A DNA stretch of 47,671 nucleotides from Pirellulales bacterium. GTDB lineage: Bacteria > Planctomycetota > Planctomycetia > Pirellulales > UBA7805. Shown here piece by piece: positions 18,344-28,807 of the stretch. The position numbers were made by a program, and so were the translations under genes. The stretch lies in NCBI GenBank assembly GCA_030751095.1, contig JASMGX010000004.1, positions 1-47,671 of the forward strand. Direction: 5' to 3'. Below the pieces are notes generated by a model. It ran no database searches, was not told where the DNA came from, and was given only the letters and a program-made list of their open reading frames with translations. Numbering within the stretch: the first letter of the stretch is position 1; the number at the start of each line of letters is the position of its first letter.

Positions 18344-19261
18344 ATGAAACTGGCAGCAGACTATCTTGTCTATCTAGTTGTGCGGATTGCCCTATGCATC
18401 GTCCAGGCATTGCCCCTTGAATTGTCTTTGCGGATTGCAGTTCCACTGCTGCGCGCATTAACGGAAGTGTTTAAAATCCGTGCCGATGTGATCGATGACA
18501 ATCTTCGCCATGCGTTCCCCAACTTGACAACAAAAGAACGCGCCATTCTCGCCCGCAGGCACTGGGAACACCTTCTTCAGATGATCATTGAAATTGCCCT
18601 TGCCCATCGCAAAATCCATCTGACCAATTGGCGCGACCACATCCACTTCAAAAACAAGCGCCGGTTGGTACGTACCCTCCTGGACCGCCGACCCCAGGTG
18701 ATTGTTTCCGGTCATTACGGCAATTTTGAGGTGGGCGGAATGGTTTTTGGACTGTTTGGATTTCCAATATTTACCATCTCCCGTCCGCTGGACAATCCAT
18801 TCCTCGACGCTTTTTTTAACCAGCAGCGGTCCAAAAATGGTCTCCACATGCTGAAAAAGCAAGGTAGTGCCAAAGAAGCTGAGGCCTTACTCTCTTCCGG
18901 CACATCACTCTTGGTGCTCGGAGATCAGGCAGCCGGGGATCGCGGCTGTTGGGTCGATTTTTTTGGTCGCCCCGCTTCAACACACAAAGCGATTGCACTC
19001 TTTGGACTGACTTTTGCGGCACCCATGATCGTTGCCTATTGCAAACGAATGGACCGTACGCTCCATTTTGAACTTGGTTGCTCTGGAGTTGTCGATCCGG
19101 AGGTACATCGAGAGGAGTATCAGGGAGTCCGCGAATTGACCTGTTGGTATACCCAACACCTTGAGTCGATCATCCGAGAGGATCCTCACCAGTACTGGTG
19201 GGCTCATAGACGCTGGAAAGGGAAACCTCGCGAGCGCAAGCGAAAACGCTCTGCAGCTTAA
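18344..19261 (+). CDS. Lipid A biosynthesis (LpxL/HtrB-type) lysophospholipid acyltransferase family protein
   Basis: The active-site-like motif is VIVSGHYGNFEVGG (H.GN.E). The N-terminal TM is LVYLVVRIALCIV. The length and C-terminal basic tail are typical of the family. Confidence 0.8.
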   Translation: MKLAADYLVYLVVRIALCIVQALPLELSLRIAVPLLRALTEVFKIRADVIDDNLRHAFPNLTTKERAILARRHWEHLLQMIIEIALAHRKIHLTNWRDHIHFKNKRRLVRTLLDRRPQVIVSGHYGNFEVGGMVFGLFGFPIFTISRPLDNPFLDAFFNQQRSKNGLHMLKKQGSAKEAEALLSSGTSLLVLGDQAAGDRGCWVDFFGRPASTHKAIALFGLTFAAPMIVAYCKRMDRTLHFELGCSGVVDPEVHREEYQGVRELTCWYTQHLESIIREDPHQYWWAHRRWKGKPRERKRKRSAA

Positions 19262-19326
19262 AATGTGTTATCCCAATACGACACGGATTGATCCATGCAA
19301 CCTCTACTCGGTATTCCGGATGTACA

Positions 19327-19635
19327 ATGAGTGACTGGCACGAACTCGCAAAAGTCGCCGATTGCCCTCCCAACTCATCACTGGAGCGGGTGATCGGAGA
19401 TCGTGTGATTGCACTCTTTAATGTGGATGGAACTTTTCACGCCCTCGATGGCATTTGCCCGCATCAATGTGGTCCCTTAGGCAAGGGGCAATTGGCGGAC
19501 TGTGTTGTGACTTGTCCCTGGCATGGCTGGCAATTTGACGTGCGGACGGGTGCGTATGTTTTGAGCGATACTGTAAAACAACCCCATTATGATGTGCGTG
19601 TGGAAGGGGAAACCGTTCTGATTCGGTTTTCATGA
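19327..19635 (+). CDS. Rieske [2Fe-2S] protein (NirD/ferredoxin-subunit-like)
   Basis: Both Rieske motifs are present: CPHQCGPL (CxH) and CPWHGWQFD (CxxH). Confidence 0.85.
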   Translation: MSDWHELAKVADCPPNSSLERVIGDRVIALFNVDGTFHALDGICPHQCGPLGKGQLADCVVTCPWHGWQFDVRTGAYVLSDTVKQPHYDVRVEGETVLIRFS

Positions 19636-20594
19636 GAACAAACAGAATGGTATCTTTTCGGCCGTTTCTCAATGGTGATATTACCGATCTGATCCGGATC
19701 TGGAACGATCACGGCCCCGATAGTGGACTTGTTACAGATCTTTCAGTCGACCTGTTTGATCGACTGGTACTCTCCAAACCCTATTTTGATCGACAAGGAT
19801 TGATCGCAGCCGTTGAAGAAAACCGTGTGATCGGATTCGTTCATGCCGGGTTTGGCCCGAACGCGGACGAAACCGATCTCGACTTCCACCTTGGTATTGT
19901 CTCGATGCTCTTGGTCCACGCCGATTATACAGATCCCAGTATTGCCGACGAGTTGCTCAAACGCGGGGAGCAGTATTTGAGAGACCGGGGTGCCCAAGAA
20001 ATCGTTGCTGCCGGTTTCGACACTGCATGCCCATTTTATCTCGGACTCTACGGCGGGAGCCAACTGCCAGGAATTTTAGAGTCCGACATACGGCGTCGCG
20101 ACTTCTTCACAAACAGCGGCTACCAGAGCGTCGGACGTATTGCACTCTCAAAGTGTGATCTCAATACATTGCATGTCGGTTTTGATCGGGATGTATTGCG
20201 TCTGCGTCGATCCGTGCGAATCGACTATCTACCGGACCCAAAATCGCGATCCTGGTGGGATGCCTGTACTCAGGGATTTCTGCCCCAACTCCAAGTGACG
20301 GCAACACCAACCGCAGGCGGAACTCTTGTGGCATCTGCGACGTTCTGGGACATGCAGTCGCTTTTGGCCAGCGACGGCCCGCGCACCATGGGACTCTCAA
20401 AAATTGAGGCTTCAGACACAGAGCAAGATTTTAGTGTCGTCCGATATCTGCTGCTAGAATCCTTCCGCTATCTGCAGCAGCAGGAAATCGCTTTTGTACA
20501 GACCCAGGCTGACGAAGAGGATGAACCTACCAAGGAACTATTCCAAGCGGTCGGCCTCAAGAATTTTGACGTCGGGCTGATTCTGAAAAAGTGA
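19632..20594 (+). CDS. GNAT-like acyl-CoA N-acyltransferase fold protein (putative)
   Basis: The ATG overlaps the Rieske stop (ATGA). VIGFVHAGF...LGIVSMLLVHADY...LLKRGEQYLRDRGAQEI resembles GNAT beta4-alpha3, but the Q/RxxGxG/A motif is degenerate. The C-terminal half matches nothing I recognise. Confidence 0.6.
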   Translation: MRTNRMVSFRPFLNGDITDLIRIWNDHGPDSGLVTDLSVDLFDRLVLSKPYFDRQGLIAAVEENRVIGFVHAGFGPNADETDLDFHLGIVSMLLVHADYTDPSIADELLKRGEQYLRDRGAQEIVAAGFDTACPFYLGLYGGSQLPGILESDIRRRDFFTNSGYQSVGRIALSKCDLNTLHVGFDRDVLRLRRSVRIDYLPDPKSRSWWDACTQGFLPQLQVTATPTAGGTLVASATFWDMQSLLASDGPRTMGLSKIEASDTEQDFSVVRYLLLESFRYLQQQEIAFVQTQADEEDEPTKELFQAVGLKNFDVGLILKK

Positions 20595-21386
20595 CGGAGT
20601 CTCTTTGAGCATTTCGAGATGCGCGATCAGATTTTTTTCAGCATCCGGTTCAACCTTTAGCAGACCTTTGGAAAAAGACCGAGTGGGGCGCACCCGGCAT
20701 TGCGTCAGATAGTCCTGGAGAATTTGCTTGCGGGCCGGTGTCGTTCGCAAGAAAAAATGAGCCCAGAGCCAGGCTTCAGCATATTCGATCTGATGCATGT
20801 CACTGACGTTTTCAAGTTGCTCAAGATGTGCCAGGTCAGGCCGCCACTCTCCCTCTTTTTTTGCTTCAAGAAGTTGCTCGAGGTGTATCTCGTTGAGCCC
20901 TCCATCGCCCCGAGAACATTCAAAATATTCGGCAAGACCTTCATCCAGCCACAATGGTATCTCGGGAACGACAGCATGTAGATACCCATGACAGACTTCG
21001 TGCCGAAGGTCCTCGGCAATGCGGTCTCCCCAATAACTGTAGACGCTCAGGCGAGTATCGGTCTCTACGAAAAAGGCGCGGCGATCGGGGAAGTCTGGAA
21101 AATGCTCTCGTAAAAATTTCCTGTATCGCTTTGGAGTCTTAAAGACGTAGACCTGAATCTGCTCATCCGACACTGGCACAGATAACTGGTCGGTAACATC
21201 GGTGCGCAAGAGTTCAAGATCCCGCAACAGACGATGGTTCTCCGGCAGCTCAAAATCGCTGTAGACGATCAATTCATCCAATGCAATACTGCTGGCAACG
21301 GGAAGTTGAGGAGGTACCGCAAACCAACGGCAGCCCCCAAGGCTCGCCAGCAGCAGCAACCACATCATGTGGCTCTTCATTTTCAT
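20538..21386 (-). CDS. DUF1570-like lipoprotein with an HExxH metallopeptidase-type motif
   Basis: The N-terminus MKMKSHMMWLLLLASLGGC looks like a lipoprotein signal. RHEVCHGYLHAVVPEIPLWLDEGLAEYFE contains HExxH plus a downstream Glu. The ATG at 21386 is preferred over the TTG at 21404. Confidence 0.7.
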   Translation of the reverse strand: MKMKSHMMWLLLLASLGGCRWFAVPPQLPVASSIALDELIVYSDFELPENHRLLRDLELLRTDVTDQLSVPVSDEQIQVYVFKTPKRYRKFLREHFPDFPDRRAFFVETDTRLSVYSYWGDRIAEDLRHEVCHGYLHAVVPEIPLWLDEGLAEYFECSRGDGGLNEIHLEQLLEAKKEGEWRPDLAHLEQLENVSDMHQIEYAEAWLWAHFFLRTTPARKQILQDYLTQCRVRPTRSFSKGLLKVEPDAEKNLIAHLEMLKETPSLFQNQPDVKILEADRLE

Positions 21387-21487
21387 CCATCTCTGAAGAA
21401 GCAATACGGCCCGATCACGACCATCCAGGGTCGCAGGCCTCTATAAGGGATCTGGCGCAACAATGCCAGATCAAATGAAAAACAGGG

Positions 21488-22627
21488 CTATCCCGCCACC
21501 GCGGAGATGATGCGATCGAGTTCCTCTTTAAGCTTCAGGAGGATTTCGTCGTACGAAAAGATACCCACCAGATCGGAACCTCGTTTTAAATGGACCTGTT
21601 TCGGACCACACCAGAGTCCTAAATCAGCATCGTCGGTTTCGCCGGGACCATTTACGCGGCAGCCCATCACTGCAATTGTCAGCGGATGCTGCCCGGCATA
21701 TCGGGTGACCTGCCTCACCTGCTCGGCCAACTCCACAAAGGCCTCATTTTCTACGCGCGAACAACTTGGGCAACTGATGATATTCAGTGAGTCACTACCA
21801 AAATCGACAACCGTCCGGACTCGTCCGGCCGCGATATCCGCCAGAATTGTTTTGCCGGCGCGAATTTCCTCGACCTTACGATCGTTCGCAACCGTCAGCG
21901 AGACACGTACCGTATCGCCAATTCCTGCACCAATTAATGGTTCGAGCGCAATCCGGGTTTTGGTGATCCCCTCGGGAGGCATCCCCGCCTCGGTAACTCC
22001 AAGATGGAGTGGAACATCACTTCTCCGCGAGGAAAACCGCTTGTTGAGGTCAACAACTTTTTGTGGATTCGAATCTTTTAAAGAGACGCAATATCTCGTG
22101 AACTGAAGATCGTCAAGAAATGCACAATGCTCCAAAGCGCTTTCGAGCATCGGAGCCATCGAATCGTCACGATCGTATCCGCTCGCTTTGGCGGGATCGA
22201 CACTCCCGCAGTTGACACCAATGCGGATGGCACAATCATTCTCTGCGGCAACAGCGGCAATAAAGCGGACCTTCTCCTGCCAGGGCGTGTCGCGCATGTG
22301 ATGGTAGAGATGTCCCGGGTTGTAGCGGATTTTATCTACCACCGGAGCGACATCCTCTGCGAGACGATAGTTCTCCTGAAGATCGACCGCTAAATTGGCC
22401 GTCGTCTGCCGGCGGATTTCGACGAGGCAATCTGCATCCTTTTTGCTATCCACTGCAATCCGTACAAGATCGGCACCCGCATCGGCAAGCGCACCTATCT
22501 GGGCTACCGTCGCATCAATATTCTGCGTCGGGGTAGCGGTCATGCTCTGGACCGCGATTGGATTGCCCGCTCCGATCGTAACCGACCCGATCCGCACAGG
22601 GCGGGTTGGATTTCGCTGAATATCCAT
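21488..22627 (-). CDS. ispG: 4-hydroxy-3-methylbut-2-en-1-yl diphosphate synthase
   Basis: The N-terminus [26 protein letters not shown] is typical of GcpE/IspG. The C-terminal Fe-S cysteines are CPSCSR...GCRVNGPGE. Confidence 0.95.
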   Translation of the reverse strand: MDIQRNPTRPVRIGSVTIGAGNPIAVQSMTATPTQNIDATVAQIGALADAGADLVRIAVDSKKDADCLVEIRRQTTANLAVDLQENYRLAEDVAPVVDKIRYNPGHLYHHMRDTPWQEKVRFIAAVAAENDCAIRIGVNCGSVDPAKASGYDRDDSMAPMLESALEHCAFLDDLQFTRYCVSLKDSNPQKVVDLNKRFSSRRSDVPLHLGVTEAGMPPEGITKTRIALEPLIGAGIGDTVRVSLTVANDRKVEEIRAGKTILADIAAGRVRTVVDFGSDSLNIISCPSCSRVENEAFVELAEQVRQVTRYAGQHPLTIAVMGCRVNGPGETDDADLGLWCGPKQVHLKRGSDLVGIFSYDEILLKLKEELDRIISAVAG

Positions 22628-22734
22628 GCTATGAAGGGTCCAGAAAAAGAATCCGCATCAACTTCACCAACCTGTTCTGCAGATAAGAATCTTATTGTGG
22701 TACAACCCCGTTTTGGTGGCAACCTCATCTCATC

Positions 22735-23223
22735 ATGCATTATAAGCCTCGACTACACATCGTACTGTTTGAACCGGAAATCCCTCACAATGCGGGCGCC
22801 GTCGGCCGCACCTGTGTTGCCGTGGGCGCAAAGCTCTGGTTTGTGCGGCCACTCGGTTTCCGTCTCGACGACTATCACCTGAGGCGGGCGGGACTCGATT
22901 ACTGGCAACATCTTGAGTGGGAGGTTGTCGACAACTGGCAGGCACTCCTTGAGATGTTGCCCAATACCGGTCGCTGGATGTTTTCCAAGCGGGCAAAGCG
23001 ACCCTATTGTGAGGCTCAGTTTCAGGAGGGTGATGTCCTGGTTTTTGGCAATGAGTCCCAGGGATTGCCACAGTCGATGATCGATGCGGCAATGGATCGC
23101 GCGCTGCGGATTCCGGTTCGCGAGCCGGTACGAAGCCTCAATCTCTCGAATTGCGTTGCGATCCTATGCTACGAAGCCCTCAGACAGTGGCAGATCACAC
23201 CAGCAGACCAATCTACCCGCTGA
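22735..23223 (+). CDS. trmL: tRNA (cytidine/uridine-2'-O)-methyltransferase, SpoU/TrmL type
   Basis: The supporting motifs are LHIVLFEPEIPHNAGAVGRTC, LVFGNESQGLP and IPVREPVRSLNLSNCVAILCYEALRQ. Confidence 0.88.
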   Translation: MHYKPRLHIVLFEPEIPHNAGAVGRTCVAVGAKLWFVRPLGFRLDDYHLRRAGLDYWQHLEWEVVDNWQALLEMLPNTGRWMFSKRAKRPYCEAQFQEGDVLVFGNESQGLPQSMIDAAMDRALRIPVREPVRSLNLSNCVAILCYEALRQWQITPADQSTR

Positions 23224-23267
23224 GAATATCTTTGCCGGAAAAATACTGTACCGAAGCGTGCCGGACA

Positions 23268-25115
23268 TCACCGCCCGGTCATGTCGACCGAATAAATCGG
23301 CAGGTGGCGATAATAGACCTCCAGCATGTAGATCGCCATCGAGGTTGTATAAAGGCGCCCTCCGGCATGTTCCCGAACATCTCTCTCGGGACTCCAGCTT
23401 CCCCGCTCGGGTCCCTTTGTTTCCTGGCGATCGGGTAGCGCGCGCGACATCACCGCATTCCAGTCTGTCCAGGCCTCTCCCTCAATGTTGTGCAGGACCT
23501 GCGTCGCATAATACCAGTAGTAAAAGTCCGATGAGTTTCCAGATGTAGCAATCCCGTTCTCTCCGAGCCACTGCACTCCTTGAAGAAGATTGCTGTTGTC
23601 CTGCGGCCATCCCAGGTATTGCCGACACAATAGCCCTTCCGCAGTCATCGACAATTTAGCGCCCCCATTGGGCGTGTATGCATAGCGACTGCCACCATCA
23701 ACCGCCACTGAGTCTAAAAATTCTTCAAAGTGGTAGAGTGTCTCCTGGGGTACATGAATGCCAGCCATCCTCGCACTCACAAGCGCCATCATGACCCATC
23801 CCGATACGGAAAGATCAGAATCGCTCCCAAAACCATACCGCCAACCCCCGGCAGCGTCTTGGCTTTTCACAAGATAGCCAATCGCCCGCTCCGCCGGTTC
23901 TCTCAACTTTTCATCTTTACTCATCGCATAGAGTTCACAGAGCGCGAGGGTGCAGAGCGCCTGGGTATAAAGGTGATGGTGGGAAGGCACGTTGCGGGTG
24001 AAACCACCACCGGTCACCTGCCGCTTTCGCAGCGATTTGGCGGCATGAGCGAGGCTATGGCGAAACTTTTCAATGGGTCCACCCTGGTGCGTCTGCCCAA
24101 AGCCCTGAAAGGCGAGCATCGCCATGGCGGTCGCCGCATTTTTATTCTCCTCAGAACCGCCATCAGCATAGGAACCATCTTTCTGGCGACCGGTAAGGCT
24201 CCACATACCGTCGGCCCCCTGATGTCGATGGAGCCAATCGAGCCCATTTAAGACTGCATTTTCTGTTGCCGCCGAACCTCCGTACGCAGCCAGGAGTCCC
24301 TCTTTCGTGCCCTCCTGGCGACCACTGAGCATCGACCCGATCGCAGGCATTCCCAAGCCTTCCGGCATCGCTATTTTCAAATTCTCCAAGTCTGGAAGTT
24401 CGCTCTGAAATTCGGGCAGCTCAACAATTTCTAGTTCTCCTGCCGCCGGCAGGAAGGCTTCCACGGCAGGTTCCACCAGTTTGGCATCATCTATGATCTG
24501 AGGGTCGGGCTGTGCGTCAGGGGCGTCCATCCTAGATAATTCGAGAACCAGCTCTCCCCCAGAGGTCATCAAAATGGGTATCAGGGCAAGAATGACAATG
24601 GCTGCTATATTCACAACACTACTAAGAAACCACGGTTTTGCCGATCGTAAAGCCGAACGCAGTGGAAACTCATCGGCATCATCATCTGCAACAATCTGTA
24701 TGACTGCAGGATCAACAGCGGACATCGGATCGGGTAACAGAGGTTGCCCGCCGGAATGCCGCATTGAGTCATCAACGGTTGAGTTCGGGAGCAGTTCATG
24801 GTTGCCCACCAAAGAAAAGCTGGGCCGCTGCAACGATTTTGACCAATCGACTGAGGAAGGCCCGATATTATCTACCACGGGGACATTCATATTTTCCGGT
24901 GGCACCTCATCCGCCGGAGCAACGGCGGGAGATGAGGTCTTCAAAGTGGGGGGAGAAGGAATCGCGGGGGGCTTGAGGACCGGGGGAAGAGCCGGGACAA
25001 ATGCATTCTCTTCTTTATCGGAAAGCGGACGGCCCTCGGAACGACCGTCACCTAGCGTCCCATCGTCAGAGAGGTTCTGTGAGTCGCCGGTTGGCCCCAA
25101 ATCGGCTTTTGACAT
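23268..25115 (-). CDS. Membrane-anchored prenyltransferase / squalene-oxidase-repeat (alpha/alpha toroid) protein
   Basis: The first ~150 aa are Pro-rich and low-complexity. One TM follows (WFLSSVVNIAAIVILALIPILM). Repeated Q..dG.W-type motifs come next (HQGADGMWSL, SQDAAGGWRY). Confidence 0.8.
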   Translation of the reverse strand: MSKADLGPTGDSQNLSDDGTLGDGRSEGRPLSDKEENAFVPALPPVLKPPAIPSPPTLKTSSPAVAPADEVPPENMNVPVVDNIGPSSVDWSKSLQRPSFSLVGNHELLPNSTVDDSMRHSGGQPLLPDPMSAVDPAVIQIVADDDADEFPLRSALRSAKPWFLSSVVNIAAIVILALIPILMTSGGELVLELSRMDAPDAQPDPQIIDDAKLVEPAVEAFLPAAGELEIVELPEFQSELPDLENLKIAMPEGLGMPAIGSMLSGRQEGTKEGLLAAYGGSAATENAVLNGLDWLHRHQGADGMWSLTGRQKDGSYADGGSEENKNAATAMAMLAFQGFGQTHQGGPIEKFRHSLAHAAKSLRKRQVTGGGFTRNVPSHHHLYTQALCTLALCELYAMSKDEKLREPAERAIGYLVKSQDAAGGWRYGFGSDSDLSVSGWVMMALVSARMAGIHVPQETLYHFEEFLDSVAVDGGSRYAYTPNGGAKLSMTAEGLLCRQYLGWPQDNSNLLQGVQWLGENGIATSGNSSDFYYWYYATQVLHNIEGEAWTDWNAVMSRALPDRQETKGPERGSWSPERDVREHAGGRLYTTSMAIYMLEVYYRHLPIYSVDMTGR

Positions 25116-25367
25116 GAGAAGCCACTGTTCGTTTATTGTTCTTCTGACCGATCAATCTGCGAGAGTCTCATTTTACCCCCGTTCATTCGATGAGCCAAGC
25201 AGAACGTACCGTTGGGGCCGTTTGCACCTGAAACGATGATAAAGAACGTCACGAATCAAAATTGGCTGGTGGACTTGCCGTCAATTTGCTGTAAAATGCC
25301 CCTCTTGCCGTTGGCGGCCCTTCCTGGCCCCGGGCAGAAAAAGATAAACAGATAAAGATAAATAGGG

Positions 25368-25441
<74 letters not shown>

Positions 25442-25645
25442 CTTTTTTATTTTTTCATACCCCGGCCCCTTGGCCGGGCTTGGGGTGGTGGCCCTCTGCC
25501 GCGAGAGAAGAGCGGACACAAAATCACCTCGCATCCGCAGCGGTGTTCGGCGACTTTTCCTACGCCCCATGACGATTTCTTTTGCAACCGTTCCTGCTTT
25601 ACGTCTATAAGTTCACGTTCGCTTCAAACTCGTGAGGACAATCGA

Positions 25646-28093
25646 ATGGCAGTCGATCCCATCTGCGGGATGCATGTCGACGAAAGCACGAACCTGACCG
25701 CCGAGCGCGATGGTGAGAGGTTCTATTTCTGCAGCGAGCACTGCCGCACAAAATTCTTAACGGCAGAGAAATCGCTTCACCATAAAGAGGATCCTAACAA
25801 AACAGCCCACGAATGCTGCCATGGCCACGCTCATCAGGGCTCTCCCGCGGAGCCTGCAGAAAAAGCTTCCCATGGCAAATATTTCTGCCCCATGTGCCCG
25901 GGCGTGCAAAGTGACACACCGGGAACGTGTCCGAAATGCGGCATGGCACTCGAATCCTCAGAGCCCGTGACGCTGGCACAAAAAACGATCTACACCTGCC
26001 CCATGCATCCGGAAATTGAGCGCGACAAGCCGGGTGCCTGCCCCATATGTGGAATGGATCTGGAACCCAAATTCGTTGCGGCAGGTAGCGATGAGGACGA
26101 TACCGAACTGGTGAGTATGACGCGGAGATTCTGGCTTGCGTTCGCACTGAGTTTGCCCGTTCTGCTTCTGGCCATGTTGCCGATGGTTGGAATTGGAGTG
26201 GATCAATGGCTCGGCGAGACTACCTCGCTCTGGTTGCAAGTCATCCTTAGCACCCCCGTGGTATTTTGGGCCGGGGGCATCTTTTTTATGAGGGGCATTC
26301 GGTCCATTGCAACCCTTCAGTTAAACATGTTCACGCTCATCTCCATTGGCACAGGTGCTGCTTATCTCTACAGCCTCCTCGCCGTTCTCTTTCCTGGCAT
26401 TTTCCCTCAGGAACTGAAAACCGGCGGTTCTATTGAAGTCTACTTTGAGGCCGCAGCGGTCATTATTACGCTGGTACTCTTGGGACAGGTGCTGGAACTC
26501 CGCGCACGGAAGAAGACGAGCAGCGCAATCCGAGACCTCTTAGCACTCGCACCTCCCACGGCCCGAGTCATCCGTGATGGCCAAGAACAGGAGATTTCTC
26601 TCGATGCCGTGCAAAAACTCGATACGCTACGGGTTCGGCCCGGTGAAAAAATCCCGGTCGACGGTCGCCTCATCGAAGGAACCAGTTCGGTGGATGAATC
26701 GATGCTCACCGGGGAGTCGCTCCCGGTTGAAAAACAGGCGGGTGATGAGGTGATTGGTGGCTCTTTCAATCACACCGGTGCGTTTTTGATGACTGCTGAG
26801 AAGGTAGGGGCAGATACGCTCCTCGCACAGATCGTACACCGGGTTGCCGACGCCCAGAGGAGCCGCGCGCCTGTCCAAAAAATTGCCGACCGGGTCTCGG
26901 CCTACTTTGTTCCCTTCGTCCTGGCAACCTCCGTAGCCACGCTCTTTGTCTGGATGTTCGTCAAACCGGAACTGGCTGTTGTCAATTCCGTGGCTGTGCT
27001 GATCATCGCCTGTCCCTGTGCCTTGGGTTTGGCGACGCCAATTTCGATCATGGTCGGTATCGGTCGCGGTGCAAAATCGGGCATCCTCGTCAAAGATGCC
27101 GAGGTCCTCGAACTGCTTGAAAAAGTAGACTTTCTGGCGGTCGATAAAACGGGGACCCTCACGGAAGGAAGGCCGAGCCTGACAGGCTGCCTGCCCTCGG
27201 GAGATTGGACGGAGGAGGATCTGCTTGCCTATGCCGCAGCAGCAGAACAGAACAGTGAGCATCCATTGGCTCGGGCAATCATCGCCGCTGCTGAGGACCG
27301 CAGTATTACAGTACCCAAGGCGGACGCCTTCGAATCGATCACCGGTGGTGGGGTTTGGGCGAAGGTGGCCGGAAAAGAGGTGCTCCTGGGCAATCGCTCC
27401 TGGCTTAAGGAAAAACAAATTCGCGGACTCGACGAGGCGGACGAGACAGCCGCGGAAGAGGAGCGTCAGGGCCGGACGGTGATGTTTGTGGCAATCGACG
27501 GGCAACTGAGTGGACTTTTGATCGTCGCCGACACGGTCAAATCCTCAACGCCCGAAGCTATCCAATCTCTGCACCAAGAAGGGCTCCAGTTGACGATGCT
27601 CACCGGGGATAACGAGAGGACGGCCAGCACGATTGCCGCAGAACTCGATCTCGACGCATTCAGCGCCGAACTTCTACCGGATGAAAAGCATGAACAGATC
27701 AAACACCTCCGCACGCAGGGACACACCGTAGCGATGGCTGGCGATGGTATTAACGATGCGCCAGCACTTGCCGAAGCGGATGTCGGAATTGCCATGGGAA
27801 CCGGGACCGATATCGCCATCGAATCGGCAGGGGTGACGCTGGTGAAAGGTGATTTGCTCGGGATTGCCAAGGCGGTCCGGCTCAGCCGGGCGACCATGCG
27901 GAATATCCGGCAAAATTTCTTTTTTGCCTTCGGCTACAACATGCTCGGCGTGCCTCTTGCCGCCGGCGTCCTCTATCCGATCTCGGAACACCTGCTGCTC
28001 AACCCGATGGTGGCCGCCGCGGCAATGAGTCTCAGCAGCGTCTCAGTCGTCTGCAATGCCTTGCGACTGCGAAATATCAAACTCGCAAAATAA
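25646..28093 (+). CDS. copA: Copper-translocating P1B-type ATPase
   Basis: The core motifs are CPC ([13 protein letters not shown]), DKTGTLTEG and [10 protein letters not shown]7/8 carry GYNMLG and MSLSSVSV, as in Cu(I)/Ag(I) pumps. The N-terminus has a TRASH/YHS-like segment ([11 protein letters not shown]...YFCSEHC) plus two CPMxP...CPxCGM modules. Confidence 0.95.
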   Translation: MAVDPICGMHVDESTNLTAERDGERFYFCSEHCRTKFLTAEKSLHHKEDPNKTAHECCHGHAHQGSPAEPAEKASHGKYFCPMCPGVQSDTPGTCPKCGMALESSEPVTLAQKTIYTCPMHPEIERDKPGACPICGMDLEPKFVAAGSDEDDTELVSMTRRFWLAFALSLPVLLLAMLPMVGIGVDQWLGETTSLWLQVILSTPVVFWAGGIFFMRGIRSIATLQLNMFTLISIGTGAAYLYSLLAVLFPGIFPQELKTGGSIEVYFEAAAVIITLVLLGQVLELRARKKTSSAIRDLLALAPPTARVIRDGQEQEISLDAVQKLDTLRVRPGEKIPVDGRLIEGTSSVDESMLTGESLPVEKQAGDEVIGGSFNHTGAFLMTAEKVGADTLLAQIVHRVADAQRSRAPVQKIADRVSAYFVPFVLATSVATLFVWMFVKPELAVVNSVAVLIIACPCALGLATPISIMVGIGRGAKSGILVKDAEVLELLEKVDFLAVDKTGTLTEGRPSLTGCLPSGDWTEEDLLAYAAAAEQNSEHPLARAIIAAAEDRSITVPKADAFESITGGGVWAKVAGKEVLLGNRSWLKEKQIRGLDEADETAAEEERQGRTVMFVAIDGQLSGLLIVADTVKSSTPEAIQSLHQEGLQLTMLTGDNERTASTIAAELDLDAFSAELLPDEKHEQIKHLRTQGHTVAMAGDGINDAPALAEADVGIAMGTGTDIAIESAGVTLVKGDLLGIAKAVRLSRATMRNIRQNFFFAFGYNMLGVPLAAGVLYPISEHLLLNPMVAAAAMSLSSVSVVCNALRLRNIKLAK

Positions 28094-28227
28094 TCCGGCG
28101 ACCGATGCGGCACACGCCTGCAGGTTCTCGGGCTCCTTTTCGGGACCGTTTTAGACCCTTTACAAGGACCATTGGGAATCGACAATAAAGGCTGTCGTTT
28201 CCTCCGTCACCCCAAAGGGGTACCATC

Positions 28228-28743
28228 ATGTCCGATACCAATGTCTGCATCGCAGTCACTAAAGACCACCAGCAGGCCGCAGAATTGGTCGATACACTCA
28301 TAGCGGCTGGATTTTCCAAAGAAAAAATATCGGTCGTGGGCAAAGACCACGCCGAGGATGGTCACGTCCACGGTTACGTCACCACCGGCGAGACGATGTC
28401 GTTCTGGGGAAAACAGGGTGCCTTCTGGGGCGGACTCTTCGGCGTGCTCGCGGGTGCCGGTTTTCTTTTTGTACCCGGTATCGGCCCTCTTTTAGTCGGC
28501 GGACCGCTACTGAGCATGATCGTCGGTGGCCTGGAAGGGGGGGCGGTCCTGGGCGGCATTGAGGCGGTGTTTGCGGGCCTTCTGCACCTGGGGCTTTCCA
28601 AGGACAGTTTGGCACTCTATGAGAAACAGCTAAAAAAAGGGAACTGCCTCGTGATCCTGCACGGGACGAGAGACGAAGTAGTGCGGGGCAGTGAGGTCGC
28701 CAAAGGCTATGGACTCGAAACGGTCGACGTTCACGCCGCCTGA
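28228..28743 (+). CDS. Membrane protein with general-stress-protein-17M (YflT)-like ends and a glycine-zipper core
   Basis: The N-terminus is VCIAVTKDHQQAAELVDTLIAAGFSKEKISVVGKD. The central region is GAFWGGLFGVLAGAGFLFVPGIGPLLVGGPLLSMIVGGLEGGAVLGG. The C-terminus LVILHGTRDEV repeats the N-terminal fold motif. Confidence 0.7.
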   Translation: MSDTNVCIAVTKDHQQAAELVDTLIAAGFSKEKISVVGKDHAEDGHVHGYVTTGETMSFWGKQGAFWGGLFGVLAGAGFLFVPGIGPLLVGGPLLSMIVGGLEGGAVLGGIEAVFAGLLHLGLSKDSLALYEKQLKKGNCLVILHGTRDEVVRGSEVAKGYGLETVDVHAA

Positions 28744-28807
28744 TGAGGTTTTGAGTATTTTCTCGCAACAACAATTTTTCACTGCAATAATCAGGAAAGA
28801 AATTTGC

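Noticed and set aside
25269-25297. A possible sigma-70-like promoter, TGGACT-16 nt-TAAAAT, upstream of tRNA-fMet. A second candidate is TTCCTG-16 nt-GATAAA at 25321-25348.
   Set aside because: These are only partial matches picked by eye in an AT-rich stretch. Promoter consensus in this lineage is uncertain and I cannot score the candidates, so I do not report them as features.
26627-27505. A 292-aa minus-strand ORF inside copA, and similar long antisense ORFs (e.g. 41292-42206, 9123-9701, 3240-3893).
   Set aside because: They are antisense to genes with unambiguous motifs, and I see no independent support for them.
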